DNA from: Selaginella moellendorffii
Lineage: Eukaryota; Plantae; Lycopodiophyta
Assembly (NCBI RefSeq): GCF_000143415.4
Contig: NW_003314320.1
Span: 432,586-496,585, forward strand
Direction of reading: 5' to 3'
Length of the DNA stretch: 64,000 nt
Position 1 is the first letter of the stretch; every line of letters begins with the position of its first letter. Positions 27,692-41,254 of this stretch are shown here, one piece after another. The notes beneath the pieces are model-generated. The model did not search any database and had not been told where the DNA came from. It was given only the letters and a program-made list of their open reading frames with translations. Position numbers and translations under genes: made by a program.

Positions 27692-29940
27692 ATGGCGTCG
27701 GCGGCTACAGCGTGCTACCAGGCGCTTGGAGCGTCGCGATCGCGGCATTGTGATCCCGGTGGCTTCGCCAAGGTGAGATACCAATCACAATTCCAATCGT
27801 CAGCTCGGCCGTGATCGATTCGATCGTTCTCCAGGCTAGGGTTTTGGCGAGACAGAAGCACCAGCGGCGGCGATTCCCCCGGCTACGCCAGGTCAGTGCG
27901 GTTCTAGACACTCCCAGCGAGAGGACAAACAGTAGCGATCCATCGGAGCCAGCAAGGGTTGCCCTGGAGAGGCTGTTCTTGGGCGGCGGCAGTGGTAGCG
28001 ACCAGGGGCTCATAGAGTCGGTCTTGGACGGTGGAAGCGGCGTTTCTCATGTAGTTCTCGACGAGGAGCTCAAGAGGAAGGAGGAAGAGCTTAAGACTGC
28101 CGAGACTGTGGCTCGAGAGGATCACCACCAGCTAGAGAACTCGAAGTTTGCGCTCGTTAAGAGAGGGGATGTGCTCGAGGATGCTCGGCAGGGGCAGGGA
28201 AAGAAGCGCGATGAGATTGGAAATCTTTACAAGGAGCTGGCCGAGCAAGCAAAGGAGGCCGAGAATGCGCAGAAGGTGGTTGACGAGCAGCAGCGCCAGC
28301 TCGAGGCCTTGCAGAAGACTCTCTCGAAAAAGCAGGAGTTGATTGCTCGATCCAAGGCTCAGATCTTTGCCAAAGACGAGGCGCTTGCTCAGTGCCGCCG
28401 GGAGTTGAAGGTGCGAGACTCGCGGCTCAAGCATGCAAACGAGGTGATTGCACAGCAGGCTGTAGAGCTTAAGGAGCTTCGAAGTTCTCTCGAGCTAAAA
28501 GAGGCCGGGCTCAGGACTTTGGAGGAGAATGTGAAGTTCAAACAAGAACAGATCCAAAAGACCGAGGCGGACCTGAGCACCCGAGTGATCGCGTACCTGA
28601 GCGTCGAAAGAGAGCTAAAATCACTCGAGGCAGATCTTTCGAAGAGCAAAGCGTTGAATGTGGAGGCTGGGAAGGAGCTGAAAGGCGTCAAAGATCTTCT
28701 CACGGAAGTGCAAGAAGAGTTGAGATTCTCGCAGATGCGACTTCAGCAGTACAAGAAAACGGTGGAGGAGCAGTCCATACAGATAAAAAGCCAGCAAGAA
28801 GAGATCGCTCTGCAGAAGAGCCTGGTGGAGTCTTTCGAGTTCAGTCTGGCCGAGGCGAAGGAAAGAACTAAGCGAGAGGAGGAACAAGTACGACTCGCAA
28901 AGGGGTCATACAAGAAGCTTGAAGAGCAATCCACGAATGAAAGGCTGGAGGCCGAGAAGCTACAGCTAGAGCTAAGAAACGAGAAGTCAGCACTGCAAGA
29001 AGCTACAACGGAGATAAATTCTCTCAAAAGAGAGTTACAGCAGAAGGAGACCGCTCTCTCGGATACGCAGCTGGCTTTACGGCTCAAGGAAGCGGAGCTA
29101 ACTGCGTCTCAGGTGGAGCTCCAAGAGCTAAAGTCAGACTTCACCTCGATGAAGCTGGAGCTGGATCAGAAAGACAGCGAGCTGAGACACGCACAAACGG
29201 TGGTTAACGCGTTGCAGCAGGACGTGAAGCGTTTGAAGGCTCTGCTCAGCGCGAAGGAAGAAAAGCACGTCGAAGTGGTGGCTGCGCTGAAGGACAAAGA
29301 GGAGGAGCTCGTTTCCATGCGGAAGAAACTGGACGCCAACAACGTGAAGATGTCTCAAGTCAACTTTGCCGTGGAGCAAATCTCCGCGTTATCGGAGGCG
29401 CTGGTGGACTCCATTGCCGACGACAAGCCATCACTCTTGAGCCGGGAGTCGGTACTCCGCCAGACGAACCACGAGCTCTTCGCTTCGAACCGTGCGCTGC
29501 TAGAGAACGAAGTGCAGACGATCAGGCTCCAGGAGCAAGCCGCGGAGGACGAGAAGAAGCTCCAGCATCTGGAACAAGAAGTAGAAGCCGCGAAGGAGCT
29601 TTTGGTGGAAAAGGACCTCGAGCTTCAAGGCCTTCACAAAGCCATAGCCAGCAAAGACAATGAGCTGACGGAGATACTCGAGCACAAGACGGACAGGAGC
29701 CGGGACTTCATCGAATTCTCGGAGTTCCAACCGGCCGTCTCGGCTCTCCAAAGCCTCGTCCAGCTAAGTGCCAACCTTTCTGACGAGGTGGAGTTGATGG
29801 ATTCACAGGCGCAACAAGGAGAACGCAGCGATCTTGAGACAGAGATCCTCCAACGCGACGAAGCTCTCGTCCACACCAGGCAAGCTGTTTGCAACTTAGC
29901 CGAGCTAACCAGGCAACTCCTCGTCGAGAGTGGTCACTGA
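27692..29940 (+). CDS. MRC: Long coiled-coil plastid protein resembling MRC/PII1 (starch granule initiation); one 5' intron ~27773-27834
   Basis: Transit-peptide-like MASAATAC..., SEPARVALERLF motif recalled from MRC/PII1, then ~620 aa of heptad-rich E/K/L sequence. Confidence 0.72.
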
Positions 29941-30152
29941 CGATCCAATACGCGTGTATAACAACGTAGCAGGCTCGACGCTGGTCACTGGTACCATGAG
30001 AGAAGAGGATCATCCAAAGCTTGACAGAAGAGAGTTTGTATCGGAGAGGAAGAGTTTATAGTGTGTATCCGCTGCTGTAAATCTCGAGTGTAACTAATGA
30101 AATTTTTACTTCATTTACAGTTTGTTTTTCGAGTTTGTGAATGGAAGAACCA

Positions 30153-32249
30153 TCACGATGGCTCCGAGGAACTGGGAGTAAAATCTTCCTCCGCTTGGTG
30201 TTGGTGGTGATCGGCGTGATCGTGCTCGCAAGAGACTCTCCATTTGCGGTACCGTACGCCTAGCTTGTCATATGGAACTGGGAGGTTCCATACGTTTGCT
30301 CCACGAACCATTCGCTCTTGTTGCCCTTCGACCAGTCTTAGATCTTCGTCTAGAACCTGTTGAGAAAAAGAATATAGTAACGAAGCCTTGATAAGAAAAA
30401 CCAGAGGCATACCTTTCGTGCTAAATGCACCCAAAGAGTTTGGATGAACGGGACGTACTTCAGCCAGGGAGCGAAGTCCAAAGACATCCTGTAGAGCAGC
30501 CTCGTCTTACCTCGCGTCGAGGGTATGCAGACGTGCAATTGGTGGAGATGGTTTTTGCACGACTGAGTGTCACTGCCCTCTAGTTTGCCTGGCTTTGCGA
30601 GGCCGATCGTCGAGAGAACCATGCACGGTCGCCTAAACTCCATATCAATGGGATATGGATCCCAGTAGCCACGTAGAGTCTCTACAGGTGTTTGGAACTT
30701 CACGGAGCTGGAGCCAAGGAATTGTTAAGACACGAAAAGAGACCAACGATAAACGAACCTTGGGACAGACCAGCCTTTGGCGAACGTTGTAGTGTGCGTG
30801 AACGGAGCGTGGGCCAGGTCGAGCAAGTTTTCCATCAAAAGACCATGCTCCACTTCCAAGTCAAGAATAATCTACAAAAAGCAATGCTTTGAAAAGAACA
30901 AACAAAGGGAAAAACAAAGCAATCACCTCGGCATGCAGTGTGAAGTTATCTGGAGGTAGCAAGCTCGGAATGTCGCTCTCTGGCGTTGCCGAGCCCGGCC
31001 AAATCCAAACCAGTCCATCCTTTTCTATGCACGGCATTGATTTCACTTTCGTCGGGACAAATCTCGTAGACGGCATTTTCTCGCAGGAGCCACTTGTTGC
31101 ATACTCCCATCCTAAAGAGACAAAGGTTAAAGCTAAAGAAAACGGATCACCTCGCCATAAACTTTACCGTGATATGGACATTGCAAACAGCCATCGTTGA
31201 CTTTGCCGAGAGAAAGTGGACAAGCTCGATGTGCGCAAGCATCATGGATGCATCCAGCCCGGCCATCCTTGCCCCGGAAAAGCACCCAATTCTTTTCAAA
31301 GATCTCAATTGCCAGCTGAAAGAAAAGTAAACAAAGAAAAAGGGTCTCCTGTCAGCTACACAATGAGAAAAGCAAAGTTTGTGGGGTTGGAAAGCTTACA
31401 GGTTTTTCAGAGTCGAGGCAAGCCGAAAAAGCAACCGGATACCAATAATTTTTCATCTCGGCTGGATATCGCTTCACGGGCCCTGCGATGTTTAGTCCTT
31501 TAGATTTGCTGCTGGTGGCATTCTTCCTTACGGTCACTGCTTCTTCATCTTTCTGCAGGAGCTCGTCGTTTACCATGGTTTCCATCTCTGCCAACTTCGA
31601 GATCGTGTGATTTACTCTAGCTTCTGAAATGTGCACCTGGTAAAGCAAATGGCATTTGGAATTCATCGTGAAAACTCGGAGGAAAAGAAGAAAAGACACT
31701 CTTTTACCTGTGCATGGGCTCTTTGCAAATCTTCTTGTAAGTTAGCTAGCTCACGTTTGAGCGTGTTGATGGACTTGGTTTCTCGAGCGAGAGGATTTAG
31801 CACCTCCACAACCTGAGATAAAAATACATGAAAGTGTAATTCATGGAAGTGTAAAGGAACTATCAAAGTAAAGACCATACCTTGTCATGAGCGTCTTTGA
31901 TTGCCAAAACATCCTGCCGAGCTCTCAAATCCAAAAACTCCACGTCGTGCCTCAAGAGCTCCCACGCTTGATTCACATCGATGACTCTGGATCCCCTCTC
32001 GGCATCGGCATGGGAAAAATCACCGATCTCCAACCCCATCCCACAAGAAACCCCCCCGCCATTCTCACTCTGCCTGACGCAAAAATGCCTCCTACATCGT
32101 CTCAGCAATCGCTTCCTCTGTGTCCTCGAAAACAACCTCGACGAGCTACCTAAATCTACGCCTAGAACTACCGGCACTTCGAGCGAATTCGAAATCCCCA
32201 CTCCAGAGAAGAGAGAATTCCGTGCGCCAGGATTCAATGCCGACTCCAT
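30153..32249 (-). CDS. CAO: Chlorophyllide a oxygenase
   Basis: [30 protein letters not shown], Rieske [39 protein letters not shown] and [16 protein letters not shown]. Confidence 0.97.
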
Positions 32250-32414
32250 CGCCAGGAGCTAAAATCTTATCCCGCCGGCCGCATTCTCGACCCCCAATGG
32301 CAATCCAAACCTGGAGCTAACCGGCCGCGAGCTTCTGCCCTCCCACACAAGCATAAACCCTAACACTCCAAACATGTACGATCCAACGGCATCCGTGAGA
32401 GAAGATAAACGTCC

Positions 32415-32866
32415 TTTACCACGTGGACTTTTTCAATTGGACCTTAAGATTTTAGGATTGCTCGCGTGGCAGCACGTGGCTCTCTTGAGGTTGCGGGGCC
32501 TAAACACGCGCCACATGTTTGATACTGGAGGGGTCCCATGGATACCAGCCACAAGGCCAATGGGCGGCTCTCAGCCGTCGGATGCCGCGATCAGACGTAG
32601 GACAATGCGCCAAGTCTGCATGGGTTCGATTCGTTCCGTGTCGCGAAATTCGAAAGGCTGTGGTGGGTATATGTTCGTCATTATTGGTTCCATGGAGAAA
32701 ACACCTCTGGTCGCCTAGGGCATTATTGGAAGAAACGTAGCTAGGCAGCATTCTAACATAAGATCATTCACGAAACCATATAGTACGAAAAAAAATTCCT
32801 TCCATTCAATAGCATGAGAAATTTGACAACGGCAAACTGAATTTAATAACGAACTTTACCACGTGG
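32415..32866. promoter_or_regulatory. G-box cluster in the CAO/ALKBH10B divergent intergenic region
   Basis: CACGTG at 32420, 32473 and 32860 (two in the same TTTACCACGTGGA context); I-box-like GATAAG on the minus strand at ~32266-32271. Confidence 0.5.
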
Positions 32867-33699
32867 AGACCTAATGAGAATCCGTGGCCTGGCCTCGCAA
32901 AATTTCAACACGAAAGAAAGAGAAGAAGCGAGCATATACGCATTGGAAGATCTCATGTACTATCCGAGTTTGGTAGGCATGGAATATCTGTGGTGTGTAT
33001 GCAGATGGTCATTGTCAGCCGTACCAATTATTTCCTGTTATAAGAGTTTAAAAGTAAAAGATGGTGGCAGATTTTAGGGCAAAGCTGCCCGTCCATTCGA
33101 GGGAACGTTGGGTGGCGTCTGTTAGTGTGACGGACGGCCATGCGGCCATCCATCCGATGCATGACGTGGCATGGTTGTGGCATGCCACAATCGCCTGTGG
33201 ATGGACCCCATCGAGGGGAGGGGCTTTCATTTTTCACGATGTTCACGGTCTTCTCTCAGCAGCGTCTTGTGTTCTCTGGGACACCTCCTAGAATGGAAAA
33301 AATAGGGAAAGTTTTAGAGTTCCAGTAGGGATCGTCGAGGAGGAGGAGGAGCGGCGATGGCGATGGCGCTAGAGCGCCGATCCCTGCTCTAGAAGAAGGT
33401 GCTGGCGCCGGCGCCGCCGCCGTAATATTGCCTGGATCGATCGCCGAGGAAGAAATCGGGGCTTGTTTCTCCGCCGGGGCATCGAATTCCACCGCGATCG
33501 CCGATATTTCACGAGGTTTGGGATCTAGATTAGTGTTCTAGCAGCAATGCTCGATGCTACTCATCTGGATGCTTGCTAATTTTGGAGTCGATTCGTGAGT
33601 TTTGGTTTCGGCATAGATATTTCCACAACTAGGAATTGCCTGGAGCGAGGTTTTTTCTTTTGTTTGCTTCTTGCTTCTTTTCTTGTTTGAGCATGCTAG

Positions 33700-35783
33700 A
33701 TGGCCCCAGAAGATGGGAGCCTTTGCATGGTCGATAGGGGAGTGTCTCTAGAGTCTTCTGGGGGGCACTGGGTCGCGGCTGCTACTGCTGGAGACGAGAG
33801 AGACGTTTTCATCTCTTGGTTAAAGGGTGAATTCGCGGCAGCAAATGCCATCATCGACGCACTTTGCCAGCATCTCCAACAGGTTGTGGGTCGTCCCGGG
33901 GAATACGACTTCGTACTTGGGAGCGTTCACCAGCGACGGTACAACTGGAATCCCGTTCTTCATATGCAGCAGTACTATTCCATTGCGGACGTCCTCTTCT
34001 CGTTGCAGCAGGTTGCTTTTAGAAAGCAGGCTCCAGTGGCCTGTGGTGGTGATTCTCCCGTACAGGTTGAGGGGAACCCCTCGATCAGGTCCGGTTTAAA
34101 GAGCAACAAGGTTGATGCCGAGATAGAGAGTAAAAGGAGTGACAGTCCTCTCGCTGACGAGGCGTCGATTGCTTCGGATACAACTTCTAGCGTTGAAGAA
34201 CTCAAAACAGAATTGCCTTCGTCGAACATCTCGACTGCAAAACGTTCAGGTTTTTTTCCTTTTGACTAAGTTTAAGTCTTTCGTTCACTTCAAATAGTTT
34301 ATAGGCTGACACCCTCTTAGCTATTGCAGATGCAAAGAAGACGTCATCTGTAGCCGACGAAAGTGCGGAAAAGTCCATGAGCGGATTTGAAGAGATTGAC
34401 GGCCAAAAGGTTTCTCCTTTGTCCTTCTTTAGCATCGTTTTATCTGTTCTCATGCAGGTAAATGTGCTAGAGGGGCTTAAAGTTCACGAAGGCGTTTTTG
34501 ATACCAAAGAAGCCTCGCGGCTAGCGGCTCTGGTTAGCGAGTCTCATGCTGCAAAAAAGAAAAACAAAATTGAAGGTCCACCAAATCTTTTGTCCAATTT
34601 TTCGTTTTTGTGTTCTGACCTTTGGCGACGCTAAAACTTTCAAGTTTTTCTTTATATGCAGCGGGCGGTAAGCGATCTTCAAAAGCGAAGGGAAAAGAAG
34701 TAATTCATTTCGGCACTATACCGTCTGAAATCTCGTCGCCCGTTACAGGTAGGCTGTTTATATTTCTGGCAGTTCATCTAAGTTTCAACTTGTACATACA
34801 GAAGAGACGGCTGAACCGATGCCCACATTTTTGGAATCAATAATTGATCGCCTAGTAAAGTGTCAGGTCGTTCCTGCAAGCAAACGACCGGATTCATGTA
34901 GTATAAGTGTTTTGGAGCCGGTAAGCCGCACTTCAGTTGTACGAAGTTCTTTCTTTCATGGCTAATTCTATTCAGTTCTTGCGATATGACAGGGAGACTA
35001 CATGCCTCCGCACAAGCACAATAATTTTGAGCAACCTCTGTTTATTCTTTCCCTGGGATCGCAGTCCGAGCTAGCATTCGGTTGCAACTTGAAAGCGAAC
35101 AGCAGCAGCACGGATGAGAAATACAAAGTTGGCCTTCCTGCGGGGTAAACAATTTTACTTTTCTGCTTGCTACAGAAGTTGGATTTTGTCAATGACGTGA
35201 CCTGGGATATTGGTCCAGGTCAGTACTAGTGCTCGAAGGCAACAGCGCACAAATGGTACAGTGCGCAGTGCAGCCTCTGCAAAGCACACGGATGCTGGTC
35301 ACCTTTGGTAAAATGGCCAACAAAAGCTTGAAAGCGATCATCGGGAGCCCAACGTCACCAAGCGGCTCGCCAGTATCTCCCACGGTAGCTCCGGATGCTT
35401 CTTTCGGCAACAAGCCGGGACACAACTTTGTCCACGTTCTAGCACCGGCAAGAGGCTTCCAGTCGTCACGAACGCAGCAGGGAGTCCCGGCTCCAATGGT
35501 AGTCCCGGTCAGAACAGCACCAGGACAGGTTCTCCAGGCACAGCAGCCAGTGATCATCGCCAGCGTCGGCCCGTTTTCTCCAGTGACTATGGTCGGCCCG
35601 GGATGGTCGACTCCTCCCCCTCCGGGGATCACGCGAGTTCCCAGCCCGGGGACTGGAGTTTTTCTTCCTGCCAGCAACGGTGCCGTGCTCTACAACTCCT
35701 CGTCGCATCGCTCCAGGTCCGCGGCGCACCACTTTGAAGCTGCTTCCGATGGCCACCACCACCGGAAAGCTATTGCGGCCTGA
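33700..35783 (+). CDS. ALKBH10B: ALKBH10B-like 2OG-Fe(II) oxygenase / m6A RNA demethylase family
   Basis: DERDVFISWLKGEFAAANAIIDALCQHL, RRYNWNPVLHMQQYYS, VNVLEGLK, RPDSCSI, EGNSAQM and the PSPGTGVFLP motif. Confidence 0.88.
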
Positions 35784-37084
35784 AGAAGAAAAAGAAAGTT
35801 TTGGATCACTGTTGAGACTATGAAAAAAGCATCAACATCAACATCGTCCGGGGCGATCGATCGATCGTTTTGGTTGTGGCGTTCTTCTCTCCAGCAGCAA
35901 AACAGATTCTTCATTCCTTGATCTTTTGTTGTTGAGCTGGGATAACTTCTCAAGAAAACAATGCTTTTCCTATTCTCTCATTTTTTCTAGGTTCCACTCC
36001 AACACGAGGAACCTAGAGATTAGCACAACGTCGATGTTAGCAGCAACGCATCGCGTCGTCGCAGTGGAAGATATTTTAACGACAATTTTGTTAGCAAGAA
36101 TCCCGGAATTATATTTTTCCCCACAAGGCGACAGCGGCATTCCATTGGCGAGCCAATGAGCGGCGTTTGGTATCTCCAGGCAAGCATTGGAAAAATTTTA
36201 TCGCAAACGACAAATGAAAACTAGATTCAAAGGTTCCTCCTGTCCCACCGGCCATGATTCACCAGATTCCTGGAATCTTTCTCTAATCGCGTTTTTCACC
36301 ACTGGGTAAATCTTTTGGGGAGACGTGAGAACCAGTTAGACAGAGCCAAAGAACACCACAAACTTGGCAACCTCCAAAACCTTGGTGCAAAAACCTTAAA
36401 GAAGACATTGGCCCAAGTTAAGTTTGAGAGGAAACGAATCATTTCTTGCGCTGTTTATAGGAATGCATCCAAAATCCCACTTGCATCGTGCCGATTAAAC
36501 AAATGCCGGGGAATCTTATATGTGATGTCTCGGTAGTCCTGCGAGTTGCTTGTCCAATTTACGACCCGGTCGTTTTTCTTTTTTATTATTATTCTTTTGT
36601 GAGCATATGTTAGGGGTTTGACATTAGGCTCACAGACAAATACACATATATAATAGAAATAAGTTTAAAAACTACCAAAAACAAAACTAATTAAAAATAA
36701 AATAAAATCAGACGGTATCGCCGATTCGTATCCGCGACCGGCGATTCTGTCGCCCTCGCGACCAGCAGCAACGCGCAGCTCGCGTTTTTCTCAAATTAGT
36801 AAAAAGCGCCAAAATGGTGCCCGTCCACGTGGCACGCAGGGACGCGTGGACGGCACATCCACCGTACGCTACCATTTTGCCGCGTAGAATGTTTCGGTCC
36901 AAGAATTTTGGGCTTAAATAAATTTAGGGCCATTCTCTACCAAGAGGTAATTCATCTGATTCTTCGCATTTAAATATGTGGAGTAGCATCGCGGAGCACT
37001 GTTGAGCCCTAAATTTCGTCCTCTTCGCTCGATCGAGCGCGCGCGGCGAGCCCGGCGATGCTGTGATGCGATCGAGGTGCTACC

Positions 37085-40000
37085 ATGTCCACTGAGAGTC
37101 CAGTGTTGTTCTACTCTTCTTCTTCCCCAAATGCCCCTTGGTCCTCCGTGGTAGACATGGCCGCGGCGGCGGTGGTCACAGCTTCCTCGCCCTCCAAATC
37201 CCTTCTTGACGATTTATCGGAGCTCATGGATCTCGACACTCTCCCGGGGCAATCCCTCGCCCCTGATGGATCATCCTCGCCATGGCTGGTTTCTTCCTTC
37301 TCTCCGGTGGATCAATCGGCGGCAGCGCAGCAAATCTCCTCCTCCTCTCCTCTCCCCTCACAGATTGTCAGCCCCCATCACCTCTTCTTCAAGGCCTCTG
37401 ACAGCTCGCCGCCGAGCTACCGATCCTTCGGCTCCCTCGGCGCCTTCTCCTTCGATTCCTCGCTCCTCGAGGAGCTCCTGGGCGAGGGCAGCGATATTTC
37501 GAGCAAGAATCCCTCGCTGGATGAAGGGATTCCTTCCGGTGGTGGCGCCATGGCCAGCCTCGCCACGAATTTCTTCACGGAGCGGCTCAAGGAGGCGCTG
37601 CGCCTCATCTCGCGATCCGAGACCGAGGCGCTCGCACAGGTGTGGGTGCCGATCCTCTCGCAGGACAACAAGATCATCCTCACCACGCAGGAGCAGCCAT
37701 ACTCGGTGATGCACAGCAAATTCGATCTCCTGCGCTACCGGACGCTCTCCACGGCCTACGTTTTCCCGTCCGAGAAGACCTCGGACTCCACCTCGGCCTC
37801 CCACCTCGGCCTCCCGGGCCGGGTTTTCTCGAGCCGGGCACCCGAGTGGACGCCCAACGTCCAGTTCTACGATAGCAGCGAGTACTTGCGAATCCGCGAG
37901 GCTGCGCGGTGTGATGTCAAGGGATTGGTGGCGGTGCCCGTGCTGGATCCCAGCTCGCGCTCGTGCCTGGCGGTGATCGAGCTCGTCACCAATGTGGAGA
38001 AAGTGGAGTTTGGGAACGAGATCGGGATTATTTGCAGTGCTCTCCAGGTACGAGTAGATCTTTCGTGTGTGCTCGTTTTGTTTGTCTTCTAGTCTCTAAT
38101 GGAGGAGATCTTTTCAGGCTGTGGACTTGGCTGGAGCACCCAAAGAACACGATCCAATGGTTCTCGAGGTAAGCGTGATCAGAGTTTTGTTAGTTCCTTC
38201 AGTAGTTCTTCGAAGATTTTCTCTTTCCCTTTTGTTCCTGATCTAAGCTAGTTCTTCGAAGACTTTTCTCTTTGTTCCTACAAAGCTTTTTCTTGGCAAG
38301 CCTTTTCTCTCTCACTTTCTTCCAAGCTTAGAGGAGCTCATTTTTCTCAAACTAAAGTCGAGCAAGTTGTTCCTCTTCGTTGTCAAGATTCCCAATTCTT
38401 CGTAGATCTCTTTTGACTTTTAGAGCTTCTCCAACTCGAAAAACAAGATTTTTCTAAATTGGAAGTATCGAATCCATGACTTGCAGATCCACAGCGAAGG
38501 CCGGCACGCAGTCTACCAAGAAATCTCCGAAATCCTCCGTGCCGTTTGTGAGACACACAAGCTACCAATCGCACAGACATGGCTGCCGTGCCTCCACAAC
38601 GGCAGTGGCCACGAAGAGATCCTCGTCGCCGATACCACACCCGCCGCGGCCGCTACCTCGGATCACATCAGCCTCTTCACGAGAGACGCCCCGTTCTACG
38701 TGTCGGACCCTCGCTTCGTGGGCTTCCACCACGCTTGCGCGGATCACAGCCTCGATCAAGGCCAGGGAGTAGCAGGGAAGGCATTCGCATCTTACAAGCC
38801 GTGCTTCATCTCGGACGTCAAGAACTATCTGATCGAGGAGTACCCGCTGGTCCACCACGCGCGCTACTTCAAGCTCGGCGGCGCGGTGGCGATCCGGCTG
38901 AGGAGCTCCATCACTGGCGCGGAGGATTACGTGCTCGAGTTCTTCATGCCGGCGGAGATCGATAGCGCTGGCGGCGCCGCGTTGCTCACGTCCATCTCGG
39001 CGACGATGCAGCGCGCCAGCCGGAGCTTACGGGCGCTTTCAGCTGAAGAGCTACGGCACGAGTACCAGTTAGGATCGACGGCTACGGTGGCTCCGACCGC
39101 TGGGACGACGAAGAAGAACCATCCGATTGGGGACCGTTGGGAGGCGAAGCTACACAAGACGAAGAAGACGAGGGGGCCGAGTCTCGAGGAATTGGAGGTG
39201 GGCGATGGTTTCAGTTCATGGGGGAGCGGCGGAGGAGCTCCGCCGATCGCTGCTACTTACGATGTGCTGACGGGCAAGTCGAAGAGATTGGAGAGGAAGC
39301 GATCGATGAGTGAGAAGACGATCGGGCTGGAGGTTTTGCAGCAGTACTTTGCTGGGAGCTTGAAGGATGCTGCCAAGAGCATTGGAGGTAAGAGCTCTCT
39401 TTCAGATTTCGTTCCTCTAGCTGCGAGCTGAGCTTGGCTGTGTTATTCAGTGTGTCCTACGACTTTGAAGCGGATCTGCCGGCAGTATGGGATCTCCCGC
39501 TGGCCGTCTCGCAAGATCAACAAGGTCAGCCGCTCGCTGATCAAGCTCCAAGGCGTGATTGATTCGGTCCAGGGACTGGATGGCGCTGTCAAGCTCAATG
39601 CACTCACTGGCGAGCTCGCCTCCGCCGCCGCTGCAGCTGCCGCCATCACCAGGAAGAACTCCAGAAGCACTCTCGATCCAACCGCTACTGCTACTCCTAC
39701 TCCTGCTCGATCCAGGAGCCTCGAGTTTGAAGCACCAGCTCAAGGTTCTCCTGCTCGATCCAGAAGTCCCGATTTTGAAGCACCAGCTCAAGAACCCGCC
39801 GCCAACGCCATCACCAGCAAAGATTTCCTTTCCGACACGGACGAGAAGCCAAACTCCGACGAAGGCGAGGGGAGATCCTCGTGGTTGTCTCACTACGTGG
39901 AGAGCACATCCAGGGGTGTGGAAGCAGCCACCACAACCAGTACGGAACCACGCCCGGTAGCGGTCAAGATGGAGCCACGAGTCCACGGCTCCTCGGCGGC

Positions 40001-40505
40001 GCTGGCGGCGCTCAACGGCGGTCCCCTCGACGCCGGCAACTGTACGGAAGCGGCGTTCCGGCGGAGCTCGTCTCCGCCTGAGCTGGAGCTGTCGCGAATC
40101 GAGGCCGGGCACGTGTTATCTCCGTACCAGTCGTCCGGCGACTCGCCGGCGTCGTCGCCACCGCCGTACAGGTACGGATGTCCCATTGTCACCGTGAAGG
40201 CGACAATGGGGTCCGACACGGTGCGGTTTAAGGTGCCGTACACGGGGTTTGGGTACGGGCGCTTGCGGGAGGAGATCTCTGGCCGGTTTCGGCTGGAGGG
40301 CGATGGATTTACGCTGAAGTACTTGGACGACGATTCGGAGTGGGTGATCCTGGATGGCGATGCCGATTTGGAGGAGTGCTTGGACGTGATGAAGGGGTCT
40401 CACGCGCACACGATCAAGCTGGTTGTCAAGGATATTAGAATTGGAGGAGAAAGAGGAGGAGGACGGAACAATAGTTCGCACAGCTTGAGCAGCGTCAAGT
40501 TGTGA
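37085..40505 (+). CDS. NLP: NIN-like protein (GAF-like N-terminus, RWP-RK, PB1)
   Basis: [50 protein letters not shown]|[26 protein letters not shown] and PB1 [11 protein letters not shown]. Confidence 0.96.
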
Positions 40506-41254
40506 CACGATCGAAACGATGACGACGACAACAAAAGGAAATTTTGTGAAGTTTTTTCCTTGGCTCGAGGGAAAAATGGCAACTTGGAGTCGGAGGAGCT
40601 TGGACATTTTCTTGAGAGGTATGTGTTTATGGTCTTTGCCTTGGTAGCTCAAACTTTCTTGAGGGAAGACAGGAAAATGCGAGTGGAGAAGACAGCCATC
40701 TCGCTGTTTTCTGTAATCCATCTCGATTGTTCCACAGTACAAAGGAAAAACTTTTCCTGTATATACATATATATATCTGGTCACGCAAAAGCTTGTATTT
40801 CTTATTTCGTTCTAATAGCTGAAGTTTCTGGTTTAGTTCTTGGAATGTCCTCTTTTTTTTTTATGATTTAATTTTTCATCTTTTCAGGATCACCTGGTTC
40901 TCTTTCGACGTGTGCTCCTCGCATTTTTCTGCTGGCACTTCCGGATGATGTCGATTTGTCATCGCCTACGGAACATGTAAACTGGTATGATTTTCTTTTT
41001 TCTCAAGCCTGGATCATCTTTTCACTTAACATCAAGTCTCGCCTCCCAGATCTTTGGAGAAACACGTCGATCCTTTCTTACCACTAATCTAAAGCCATTA
41101 CTTCACGGTGAGCTCACGGATCATCCAATCACGCTTGTGTGGCTGTGGAGTTTCCGTTTTCTGGCTTATTACGTAGCACGTAGCATTGACACCACTCTGT
41201 GTTTGTGATAGATAGAGCTCCGGTGGGAGAGCCCCGCCGAAGAGGAGAGTCGAG

